From a virus: 64,000 nucleotides of DNA. The translations under genes and the position numbers were made by a program. Location: the IMG/VR virus record IMGVR_UViG_3300045988_023742, positions 32,001 to 96,000 of that record. One strand, given 5' to 3'. The notes below the pieces were generated by a model. That model did no database searches. It had not been told where the DNA came from and was given only the letters and a program-made list of their open reading frames with translations. Shown one piece after another: positions 45,522-51,398 of the stretch. Position 1 is the stretch's first letter; each line of letters opens with the position of its first letter.

Positions 45522-45662
45522 TTACTTTAAATTAATGGTTTTAGTGTTCAATCTCTTAAGATATTCATCATACTTCTGAGCCTCTTCCTTATTAACGGGA
45601 AGCTCCTCATAAACACCATCAGACACATAAACTCTAGTAACAAATCTATCAAAGATATTCAT
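45522..45662 (-). CDS. Small hypothetical protein (46 aa) with MNIF N-terminus
   Basis: Hand-translated MNIFDRFVTRVYVSDGVYEELPVNKEEAQKYDEYLKRLNTKTINLK. Its stop directly abuts the next ATG (TAAATG). Confidence 0.35.
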   Translation of the reverse strand: MNIFDRFVTRVYVSDGVYEELPVNKEEAQKYDEYLKRLNTKTINLK

Positions 45663-45690
45663 TTTAATAATATTTTAGTTAATAATTAAA

Positions 45691-45717
45691 TCAAAGTAGA
45701 AGGAGGAGATATTAGCT
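45691..45717 (-). promoter_or_regulatory. Intergenic motif copy R4
   Basis: Plus strand TCAAAGTAGAAGGAGGAGATATTAGCT, 30-55 nt upstream of the ATG at 45662. Confidence 0.4.
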
Positions 45718-45727
45718 TCTCCAATAT

Positions 45728-45904
45728 TTATTTAAAGTTTAAGTCATACTCCTCTTCAGTGAGGATTTCTTCTGCTAGACTGACTGCTTCTGTAACAGGC
45801 ATATCATAGCACTGCTTGACTTCATTCCAAGTTCCATACTCTTCTGTGATGTGTCTCAAGAGACTTAGACCATGCTTGGTCTTCAAGAAATTGTTTGTTT
45901 TCAT
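45728..45904 (-). CDS. Hypothetical protein (58 aa)
   Basis: I use the internal start MKTNNFLK at 45904. The track extension to 45964 is hydrophobic read-through of the promoter region. Confidence 0.45.
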   Translation of the reverse strand: MKTNNFLKTKHGLSLLRHITEEYGTWNEVKQCYDMPVTEAVSLAEEILTEEEYDLNFK

Positions 45905-45960
45905 TTGTCTTGTATTTAAAAAGTGAAACAATGTGACAAGAGCCAGGGGAGTGACCCAAG

Positions 45961-45987
45961 TCAAGCAAGGGGGAGGGGTGGTTAGCT
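45961..45987 (-). promoter_or_regulatory. Intergenic motif copy R5 (divergent)
   Basis: Plus strand TCAAGCAAGGGGGAGGGGTGGTTAGCT. This is a degenerate version of R1-R4, about 60-85 nt upstream of the ATG at 45904. Confidence 0.3.
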
Positions 45988-46104
45988 GGTATTATCAACC
46001 ACTTCTATAAATACCAAACTTCAAAAAAAATTTCAGAAAATTTTTCTCAAAGTACCTCTAAACATAAATAATTTACTTATAGTATGAAAAAAGTTACTGA
46101 AAAA

Positions 46105-46136
46105 TTTGGTAGTTTCAAATATTATTTGTACCTTTG
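46105..46136 (+). promoter_or_regulatory. Bacteroidota-type promoter for tRNA array 1
   Basis: TTTGgtagtttcaaatattatttgTACCTTTG: -33 TTTG, 20-nt spacer, -7 TAnnTTTG. Near-identical cassette at 48353-48384. Confidence 0.65.
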
Positions 46137-46154
46137 CACTCAGTTAATAAACAA

Positions 46155-46226
46155 TGCCTCTTAGTGTAATGGTTAGCACACAAGTTTTTGGCACTTAGAG
46201 TAGGGGTTCAAATCCTCTAGGGGCAA
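46155..46226 (+). tRNA. tRNA-Gln(UUG)
   Basis: TGCCTCT-TA-GTGT-AATGGTTA-GCAC-A-CAAGT-TTTTGGC-ACTTA-GAGT-AGGGG-TTCAAAT-CCTCT-AGGGGCA-A. Confidence 0.75.
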
Positions 46227-46299
46227 CTAGAAAGTTAGTTGTTTGTTTGTTGTTTATATTGATTAACCTCCTTAATCTGTGAAGATGAAAGAGGTGCAT

Positions 46300-46371
46300 A
46301 GAGCTATCATCTAGTGGTAAGGATGCAAGGTTTTCAACCTTGTCACAGGGGTTCAAATCCCCTTGGCTCTA
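46300..46371 (+). tRNA. tRNA-Glu(UUC)
   Basis: AGAGCTA-TC-ATCT-AGTGGTAA-GGAT-G-CAAGG-TTTTCAA-CCTTG-TCAC-AGGGG-TTCAAAT-CCCCT-TGGCTCT-A. Confidence 0.85.
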
Positions 46372-46377
46372 CTATAT

Positions 46378-46450
46378 AGGCTATGTGGTGTGATGGTTTG
46401 CATATCACACTGTCAATGTGAATGATAGGGTTCAATTCCCTCATAGTCTG
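46378..46450 (+). tRNA. tRNA-Asp(GUC)
   Basis: Anticodon arm TCACA-CTGTCAA-TGTGA, T loop TTCAATT, acceptor GGCTATG/CATAGTC. The ends are uncertain by 1-2 nt. Confidence 0.7.
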
Positions 46451-46454
46451 CAAT

Positions 46455-46545
46455 GGAGGTTTAAGCCTAATTGGTAAGGCAGTAGTCCTGAAAACTACTA
46501 GTAATCACTAATAGTGATGTGCAAGTTCGAGTCTTGTAGCCTCCT
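46455..46545 (+). tRNA. tRNA-Ser(UGA), long variable arm
   Basis: GGAGGTT...GTAGT-CCTGAAA-ACTAC, long variable arm, GCAAG-TTCGAGT-CTTGT-AGCCTCC-T. Confidence 0.8.
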
Positions 46546-46549
46546 CAAT

Positions 46550-46633
46550 GGAGAGTAAATCCTAGAGGTCTAGGAACCAATCTGCTAAATTGTGTGCTAA
46601 TTAATAAGTGTATTTCGAGTATACTTCTCTCCG
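46550..46633 (+). tRNA. tRNA-Ser(GCU), long variable arm
   Basis: GGAGAGT...CCAAT-CTGCTAA-ATTGT, long variable arm, T loop TTCGAGT, 3' TCTCTCC-G. Confidence 0.7.
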
Positions 46634-46640
46634 CTTTAAT

Positions 46641-46713
46641 ATAGTAGTAATGCAATAGGTAGCATACTGCATTTGGGATGCAGTAGTTGTAGGTTCAAGT
46701 CATATCTACTATA
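46641..46713 (+). tRNA. tRNA-Pro(UGG)
   Basis: ATAGTAG-TA-ATGC-AATAGGTA-GCAT-A-CTGCA-TTTGGGA-TGCAG...TTCAAGT...CTACTAT-A. Confidence 0.75.
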
Positions 46714-46717
46714 CTAT

Positions 46718-46791
46718 GGGGCAAGTGATGTAATTGGCTAACATACTTCCTTTGCAAGGAAGAATTAAGGGTTCAAGTCCCTCTTGCTCCA
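46718..46791 (+). tRNA. tRNA-Ala(UGC)
   Basis: GGGGCAA...CTTCC-TTTGCAA-GGAAG...TTCAAGT...TTGCTCC-A. The G3:U70 alanine identity pair is present. Confidence 0.85.
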
Positions 46792-46851
46792 CACTAACTA
46801 TAGTGATAGTTAAGTTGATAATTCACATTATTAACTCTAAATTATATTGAT

Positions 46852-46956
46852 ATGAAAAAGATTTTATCTTTAATTAAGAAAGGTGTAAATGCTTATTTAA
46901 ATGCTTTGGCTAAATGTCCTTACACACCATCAGGAACTATTCCAGTAGGAATCTAG
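46852..46956 (+). CDS. Very small ORF (34 aa) inside the tRNA array
   Basis: MKKILSLIKKGVNAYLNALAKCPYTPSGTIPVGI. The only ATG-initiated ORF I noticed in a 200-nt gap of the array. It ends in a GGAACT..AGTTCC hairpin. Confidence 0.2.
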   Translation: MKKILSLIKKGVNAYLNALAKCPYTPSGTIPVGI

Positions 46957-46991
46957 TTCCTTTGATGTAGAGTTGATAATATAATATATTT

Positions 46992-47065
46992 GGGTCCTTA
47001 GCTCAATAGGTTAGAGCAATTGACTGTTAATCAATAGGTTGTGGGTTCAAGTCCCACAGGTCCCG
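46992..47065 (+). tRNA. tRNA-Asn(GUU)
   Basis: GGGTCCT-TA-GCTC-AATAGGTTA-GAGC-A-ATTGA-CTGTTAA-TCAAT-AGGTT-GTGGG-TTCAAGT-CCCAC-AGGTCCC-G. Confidence 0.85.
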
Positions 47066-47072
47066 CATAAAT

Positions 47073-47144
47073 GGGTAGATAGTTTAATGGTAAAACCCTA
47101 GTCTCCAAAACTAGAAGATGTGAGTTCGAGTCTTACTCTATCTG
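47073..47144 (+). tRNA. tRNA-Trp(CCA)
   Basis: GGGTAGA-TA-GTTT-AATGGTA-AAAC-C-CTAGT-CTCCAAA-ACTAG...TTCGAGT...TCTATCT-G. Confidence 0.8.
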
Positions 47145-47148
47145 CAAT

Positions 47149-47221
47149 GGGAAAGTAGCAAAGATGGTCTATGCAGAGGACTGAAAATCCTTGGATGTAA
47201 GTTAGATTCTTACCTTTCCCA
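47149..47221 (+). tRNA. tRNA-Phe(GAA)
   Basis: GGGAAAG...GAGGA-CTGAAAA-TCCTT-GGATG-TAAG... T loop TTAGATT ...CTTTCCC-A. Confidence 0.8.
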
Positions 47222-47226
47222 CATAA

Positions 47227-47300
47227 GGGTATATAACTCAGTTGGTTAGAGTACTTGACTGATATTCAAGAAGTCATAGGTTCAAATCCTATTATACCCA
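47227..47300 (+). tRNA. tRNA-Ile(GAU)
   Basis: GGGTATA-TA-ACTC-AGTTGGTTA-GAGT-A-CTTGA-CTGATAT-TCAAG-AAGTC-ATAGG-TTCAAAT-CCTAT-TATACCC-A. Confidence 0.85.
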
Positions 47301-47302
47301 CT

Positions 47303-47375
47303 GTGTTAGTAGCTCAATTGGCAGAGCAAAGGTTTGTGGTTCCTTAGGTTGTGGGTTCAAATCCCATCTAACACC
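47303..47375 (+). tRNA. tRNA-His(GUG)
   Basis: GTGTTAG-TA-GCTC-AATTGGCA-GAGC...TTGTGGT loop...GTGGG-TTCAAAT-CCCAT-CTAACAC-C. Confidence 0.8.
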
Positions 47376-47394
47376 CTAATTATGTATATATAAT

Positions 47395-47700
47395 ATGGTA
47401 GTAACAGACAACACTATAATAGAATCAGCTACTCCAAAGTATCCTGAATTAATGAGTTCAGATGCTGAAGATAAGCTAAAGAAAGCTTTCTACAATCTAA
47501 GAGAAAGTAAATCTAAACTATCTAAACTTCGTATGGAAGTAATAGAATTAGAGACAAAAGTTAAGAAAGAAGAAGAGTCATATAGGAATATATCTGACCT
47601 ATTTGAAATAACATTTGCTAAGAAAGAAATACAAGAAATAAAGAATACAGTTAATATGGGGATTATTAATCCAAGTGACTATAGAAATACTAATATATAA
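47395..47700 (+). CDS. Hypothetical coiled-coil protein
   Basis: 101-aa ORF between the two tRNA arrays. Confidence 0.55.
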   Translation: MVVTDNTIIESATPKYPELMSSDAEDKLKKAFYNLRESKSKLSKLRMEVIELETKVKKEEESYRNISDLFEITFAKKEIQEIKNTVNMGIINPSDYRNTNI

Positions 47701-47701
47701 T

Positions 47702-47932
47702 ATGTGGTTATTGGAAAGTAATAGACCTAAACATCTACTCTATGCAATACCTTCAGCCTTCATAGGTACTATATTATTCAGTACTGGTTTAGCTTTTGGT
47801 ATGGAGTTTAAAGACAAACAATATGGTGGTAAGTTTGATTGGATTGATATAGCTGCCACAGAAATAGGTGGATTAATAGGTCAATCTTTGCAGATTATCT
47901 TTATTCTAGTACTAAAGAATCTACTAGTATAA
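47702..47932 (+). CDS. Small membrane protein
   Basis: The start MWLLES sits right after the upstream TAA. Two TM helices. Confidence 0.5.
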   Translation: MWLLESNRPKHLLYAIPSAFIGTILFSTGLAFGMEFKDKQYGGKFDWIDIAATEIGGLIGQSLQIIFILVLKNLLV

Positions 47933-47940
47933 ATAATGAT

Positions 47941-48026
47941 GCCTCCATGTTGGAATAGGTATACAAGAGGCACTTAAAATGCCTTGAGCAGTAATGCTCA
48001 TGTGGGTTCAAGTCCCACTGGAGGTA
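47941..48026 (+). tRNA. tRNA-Leu(UAA), long variable arm
   Basis: GCCTCCA...AGGCA-CTTAAAA-TGCCT, variable arm TGAGCAGTAATGCTCA, GTGGG-TTCAAGT-CCCAC-TGGAGGT-A. Confidence 0.8.
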
Positions 48027-48031
48027 CTTAT

Positions 48032-48103
48032 GCTTCCTTAGTTCAATGGATAGAACAAGACACTTCTAATGTTTAAATGAAAGTTCGATTCTTTCAGGAA
48101 GTA
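48032..48103 (+). tRNA. tRNA-Arg(UCU)
   Basis: GCTTCCT-TA-GTTC-AATGGATA-GAAC-A-AGACA-CTTCTAA-TGTTT-AAAT-GAAAG-TTCGATT-CTTTC-AGGAAGT-A. Confidence 0.85.
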
Positions 48104-48239
48104 CCTAATAAAGCTATAAATTCTAGAATAATGTAGCAACGTAACTCTTAGGGTTTCTGAGTATAAAATACTTGTAGAGTAAGACTAGTCCCTTTTGGAT
48201 GTCGTAGAATCCACCTTTAGCCAAGGGAGTTGGCTATAT

Positions 48240-48321
48240 ACCCTCTTGATGGAATGGTAGACATAAAGGTCTTAGAAGCCTTGACCATAATGGTGTAAGA
48301 GTTCGAGTCTCTTAGGGGGTA
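48240..48321 (+). tRNA. tRNA-Leu(UAG), long variable arm
   Basis: ACCCTCT...AAGGT-CTTAGAA-GCCTT, variable arm, AAGAG-TTCGAGT-CTCTT-AGGGGGT-A. Confidence 0.7.
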
Positions 48322-48352
48322 CTAAAAATAATTGTAAAAAGTTGCTAAAAAG

Positions 48353-48384
48353 TTTGGTAGTTTCAAATAAATTGCTTACCTTTG
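48353..48384 (+). promoter_or_regulatory. Bacteroidota-type promoter (second copy of the cassette)
   Basis: TTTGgtagtttcaaataaattgctTACCTTTG. The upstream aaaaagttgctaaaaag also matches the 46.09-kb copy. Confidence 0.65.
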
Positions 48385-48398
48385 CAACTGTTAAAGAT

Positions 48399-48471
48399 GG
48401 TCTTTTAGTATAAAGGTTTAGTATCCTTGCTTTGTAACCAAGGGATGTAAGTTCGAGTCTTACAGGGACCT
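48399..48471 (+). tRNA. tRNA-Thr(UGU)
   Basis: GGTCTTT-TA-GTAT-AAAGGTTTA-GTAT-C-CTTGC-TTTGTAA-CCAAG-GGAT-GTAAG-TTCGAGT-CTTAC-AGGGACC-T (C31:C39 mismatch). Confidence 0.7.
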
Positions 48472-48473
48472 CT

Positions 48474-48548
48474 ACTATAAAATAGATTGTATAGGTTAAT
48501 GCGGTAATATCTATACACTCTATGCCTACTGGAGAACTATTTTATAGT
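48474..48548 (+). ncRNA. Candidate 75-nt structured RNA (three-way junction)
   Basis: 12-bp closing stem ACTATAAAATAG / CTATTTTATAGT enclosing the hairpins TGTATAG..CTATACA (7 bp) and CTCT..GGAG. It does not fold as a tRNA. Confidence 0.3.
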
Positions 48549-48564
48549 TTATTGTAGGCTATAT

Positions 48565-48637
48565 ACAGGGATGTTAGCAGTGGTAGCTAGTTAGCCTCAT
48601 AAGCTAAAGGTCGTGGGTTCGACTCCCACTCCCTGAA
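48565..48637 (+). tRNA. tRNA-Met(CAU)
   Basis: D arm TAGC-AGTGGTA-GCTA, anticodon arm TTAGC-CTCATAA-GCTAA, T arm GTGGG-TTCGACT-CCCAC, 3' TCCCTGA. The 5' end is uncertain by 1 nt. Confidence 0.75.
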
Positions 48638-48832
48638 GACTTACATAGAAAGAACCTCCACGTGGTGTAAGTTGGGTAATGCTAATCTTTCTAGTTTAAT
48701 TCTCAAAAGAATGAAACATGGGGTACATATATCAAATGGATATGCAAAAACCCTTAATGGAGGAGTTAGACAGAAAATAAGTAGGTGTGCTAAGGGAAAA
48801 CTGAAAACTGCTTATAAATTTATTTGGAAGAT
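48638..48832 (+). mobile_element. About 195-nt insertion bounded by a 17-nt duplication of the tRNA-Met 3' end; homing-endonuclease remnant
   Basis: GACTCCCACTCCCTGAA occurs at 48621-48637 and again at 48833-48849. The interior encodes a NUMOD/IENR-like DNA-binding tail. Confidence 0.45.
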
Positions 48833-48848
48833 GACTCCCACTCCCTGA
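48711..48848 (+). pseudogene. Truncated homing-endonuclease-like ORF (45 aa)
   Basis: MKHGVHISNGYAKTLNGGVRQKISRCAKGKLKTAYKFIWKMTPTP. The segment I-S-x-C-x-x-G-K-x-K-T-A-Y-x-F-x-W resembles the HTH module of phage HNH/GIY-YIG homing endonucleases. No catalytic domain is present. Confidence 0.4.
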
Positions 48849-48862
48849 ACTATATAAATAAT

Positions 48863-49000
48863 ATGATGCAAATATTAAATGCACCTAATCTAAGACAGCT
48901 TGTAAGACAAGCAAATGATTTAGGTATAACTAAGGAAGAAGTAGTAACTATCCAACAATCTCAAGGACAGTTCTACTTAGTATATTATAGTAAAGAATAA
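48863..49000 (+). CDS. Small hypothetical protein (45 aa)
   Basis: MMQILNAPNLRQLVRQANDLGITKEEVVTIQQSQGQFYLVYYSKE. It is the first ORF of the rightward protein-coding operon. Confidence 0.35.
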   Translation: MMQILNAPNLRQLVRQANDLGITKEEVVTIQQSQGQFYLVYYSKE

Positions 49001-49005
49001 CTACT

Positions 49006-49209
49006 ATGGCGGATAATAATGAGTTCAATAATGAACCTGTCTTTTATTGCAAGCATTGTCTATCACTAAAAATAAAGTCAGTTCCTGGTATGGAAGAACT
49101 AGATTATTGTGATGAATGTGGTGCTACAGATATTGGTAAAACTGATATAAACACATGGAGACAGATGTATATAGATAAATTTGGTTTTGATTATTTAGAC
49201 AAATTTTAA
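49006..49209 (+). CDS. Zinc-ribbon protein
   Basis: CKHC...CDEC pairs in a 67-aa ORF. Confidence 0.55.
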   Translation: MADNNEFNNEPVFYCKHCLSLKIKSVPGMEELDYCDECGATDIGKTDINTWRQMYIDKFGFDYLDKF

Positions 49210-49210
49210 T

Positions 49211-49441
49211 ATGGAAGAGACAAAAATGACAGTAGAGCAGGTTAAATCTGCTGCAAATGAACAAATTAGTATTCTGTATCAGAAGTTGCAGGAGGCTAAT
49301 CTAGCTAACACTTTCAAAAGACTTGACTATCTATTTAAGATAGTTGAAGGTAATTTTAGTGAGGAATTGAAGGCTAAGGCAAGAGTGGAGATTGACCACA
49401 TTGTATTTGGTTATCCTCAGGAAGATAAGAAAGAGGAGTAA
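49211..49441 (+). CDS. Hypothetical protein
   Basis: 76-aa ORF. Confidence 0.5.
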   Translation: MEETKMTVEQVKSAANEQISILYQKLQEANLANTFKRLDYLFKIVEGNFSEELKAKARVEIDHIVFGYPQEDKKEE

Positions 49442-49444
49442 ACA

Positions 49445-49831
49445 ATGGTTGGGAAAGTTAATAATGTTATAGGACTTTCCCAATCACCATTAGGTGATGA
49501 GTTCTTTAAGTGCTGGTTTATATTCTTAAGACCTCTACATCATCTTACTGATAGGGAGATAGATGTTATAGCATCATTCACTAAGCATAGATATGAACTA
49601 TCAAAAGTAATTACTGACAGTTCATTACTAGATACAGTACTTATGAGTGAAGAGACTAAGAGAAAGGTTAGAGAAGACTGTAATATAACACTGGCACACT
49701 TTCAAGTTATAATGGGTAAATTGAGGAAGAATAAAGTTATCATAGATAATAAGATTAATCCTAAATTAATACCTAATATAAGTGAAGATTCAAAGAGCTT
49801 ACAACTTCTAGTTATATTTCCTATAAAATGA
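49445..49831 (+). CDS. Hypothetical protein
   Basis: 128-aa ORF. Confidence 0.55.
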   Translation: MVGKVNNVIGLSQSPLGDEFFKCWFIFLRPLHHLTDREIDVIASFTKHRYELSKVITDSSLLDTVLMSEETKRKVREDCNITLAHFQVIMGKLRKNKVIIDNKINPKLIPNISEDSKSLQLLVIFPIK

Positions 49832-50100
49832 AAAAGAACATTATCTTAAGTGTCTCTAAGGATTTAGGAATATCACCTGATGTTGTTGAGAAAGTATATA
49901 GAGCTTATTGGTTGTATATTAAAACAACCATAGAAGCCTTACCTCTGAAAGAAGACCTTACAGAGGAAGAGTTCCTTAAGTTAAGGACTAATTTCAACAT
50001 TCCTTCACTGGGGAAATTAAGTTGCACTTTGGATAAATACAAAGGAACTAAGAGTAGATTTAAATTAATAGAGAAGTTTAGAAATGCTGAAAATAAATAG
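49828..50100 (+). CDS. Hypothetical protein, possibly HU/IHF-like
   Basis: 90 aa. The N-terminal helix pattern (LSVSKDLGISPDVVEKVYRAYWLYI) and the later FNIPSLGKL weakly resemble HU/IHF. Confidence 0.35.
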   Translation: MKKNIILSVSKDLGISPDVVEKVYRAYWLYIKTTIEALPLKEDLTEEEFLKLRTNFNIPSLGKLSCTLDKYKGTKSRFKLIEKFRNAENK

Positions 50101-50506
50101 TATTAAACCACTGTTTAACAAGATAGTAACTACTTGTGATACTTATGAGTCTGATAAGACAGAGGGTGGTATTATTGTTAAAACAGATGGTACAATTAAG
50201 GAGTATCAAAGAGTTGAGGCAATTGGTTCAACTGTAAGAGATATAAAGGTTGGAGACCTTGTACTTATTAATCCTAAGAGATACATTGTGCCTCAACATA
50301 AGGAGAAGAGAGATGAATCTCTGAAGGGTGTTATTGGTGATGAATTAACTATGGGTGTAAACTTCCCTATGGTTGAGTATGGTGGTAAGAGACATCTACT
50401 TATTTATGACCAAGATATTGATTATATTATTGATGGAGAGGAAGTTAAAGATGAGCAGCCTAAGTCATCATTGATACTCCCAGAGGACAAGAAGATTATT
50501 GTTTAA
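50084..50506 (+). CDS. GroES/gp31-like co-chaperonin candidate
   Basis: IKPLFNKIV..TEGGIIV...VEAIGSTVRDIKVGDLVLI parallels GroES (PLxDRVLV..TxGGIxLP..VxAVGxG..VKxGDxVLF). Confidence 0.4.
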   Translation: MLKINSIKPLFNKIVTTCDTYESDKTEGGIIVKTDGTIKEYQRVEAIGSTVRDIKVGDLVLINPKRYIVPQHKEKRDESLKGVIGDELTMGVNFPMVEYGGKRHLLIYDQDIDYIIDGEEVKDEQPKSSLILPEDKKIIV

Positions 50507-50553
50507 CATAAAGCTCATGATTAAATTCATGAGCTTTTTTAGTTTATAGAAAT

Positions 50554-51105
50554 ATGAAGTTATTTAAATATGAAGGATATAAAGTAGTTATATCTGAAGA
50601 AGCTTTTGCTTTAAAAGTATTTAGACAAATATGGAATAGAGACAGAAGTGTAAATAAGGATAAAGCTATTATGGAGTTGGGTTACATCTATTTTATGGTT
50701 GACCCTAGAAGTGACTATCAATATCTAGTAGATGAAGATGAGAGGTCTAAAGCTATAATAGAAGGAGAAGGATTGCCTAATGGATGGAAGCCTGATAAAG
50801 TCATAACTGAGGCTATGGAGTTCTATTCTAGGTTTAAACCAACTGCTGCATTGCTACTTGAGGATACAAGATATGCTGTGGATAAACTTAGAAAACTGCT
50901 AAGAGAAATAGACTTGAATCAACTAGATGATAAGGGAAAACCTATTTATACACTTAACTCTGTTACTGCAACTATTAAGCAAGTACCTAGTTTAGCTAAA
51001 GACCTAGATGAAGCAGAAAAGGCTCTTGCATCTGAAATGAGAAGTGAAGGTAAGATGAGAGGTCAAGGTGAGAAGACAATATTTGAAGATAACTTGGATT
51101 TATGA
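50554..51105 (+). CDS. Hypothetical protein
   Basis: 183-aa ORF upstream of the terminase. It could be a small terminase subunit by position only. Confidence 0.5.
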   Translation: MKLFKYEGYKVVISEEAFALKVFRQIWNRDRSVNKDKAIMELGYIYFMVDPRSDYQYLVDEDERSKAIIEGEGLPNGWKPDKVITEAMEFYSRFKPTAALLLEDTRYAVDKLRKLLREIDLNQLDDKGKPIYTLNSVTATIKQVPSLAKDLDEAEKALASEMRSEGKMRGQGEKTIFEDNLDL

Positions 51106-51398
51106 TAAGGGTAGAAGATATTGTAGAGGCTATAGGTAAAGACTTAAATACTACTTTAGTATTACACAAGAGTATAGAAACTCATCCTAGATTTAAAGTA
51201 TATAAAATATATTCCTATGGTCTATATGCTATAGAAGATGATAAAATTATGTTACTTTCATTCAAAGTAAATAAAAATTCATCTACTGATAACATGGCAG
51301 AAGCTTGGGATGATTGTGACAAACAGTTTATCAGTTATATAGTAAGTTGGTTGTCAAGTGACATATATAAGAAATTGAAGAATGATAGAAGTAAATAA
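51102..51398 (+). CDS. Hypothetical protein
   Basis: 98-aa ORF. Confidence 0.5.
   Translation: MIRVEDIVEAIGKDLNTTLVLHKSIETHPRFKVYKIYSYGLYAIEDDKIMLLSFKVNKNSSTDNMAEAWDDCDKQFISYIVSWLSSDIYKKLKNDRSK

Noticed and set aside
48621-48849. The tRNA 3'-end duplication could be attL/attR of an integrated element or prophage boundary.
   Set aside because: The bounded segment is only about 195 nt. There is no integrase nearby, and phage late genes continue on both sides. A homing-endonuclease-type insertion scar fits better.
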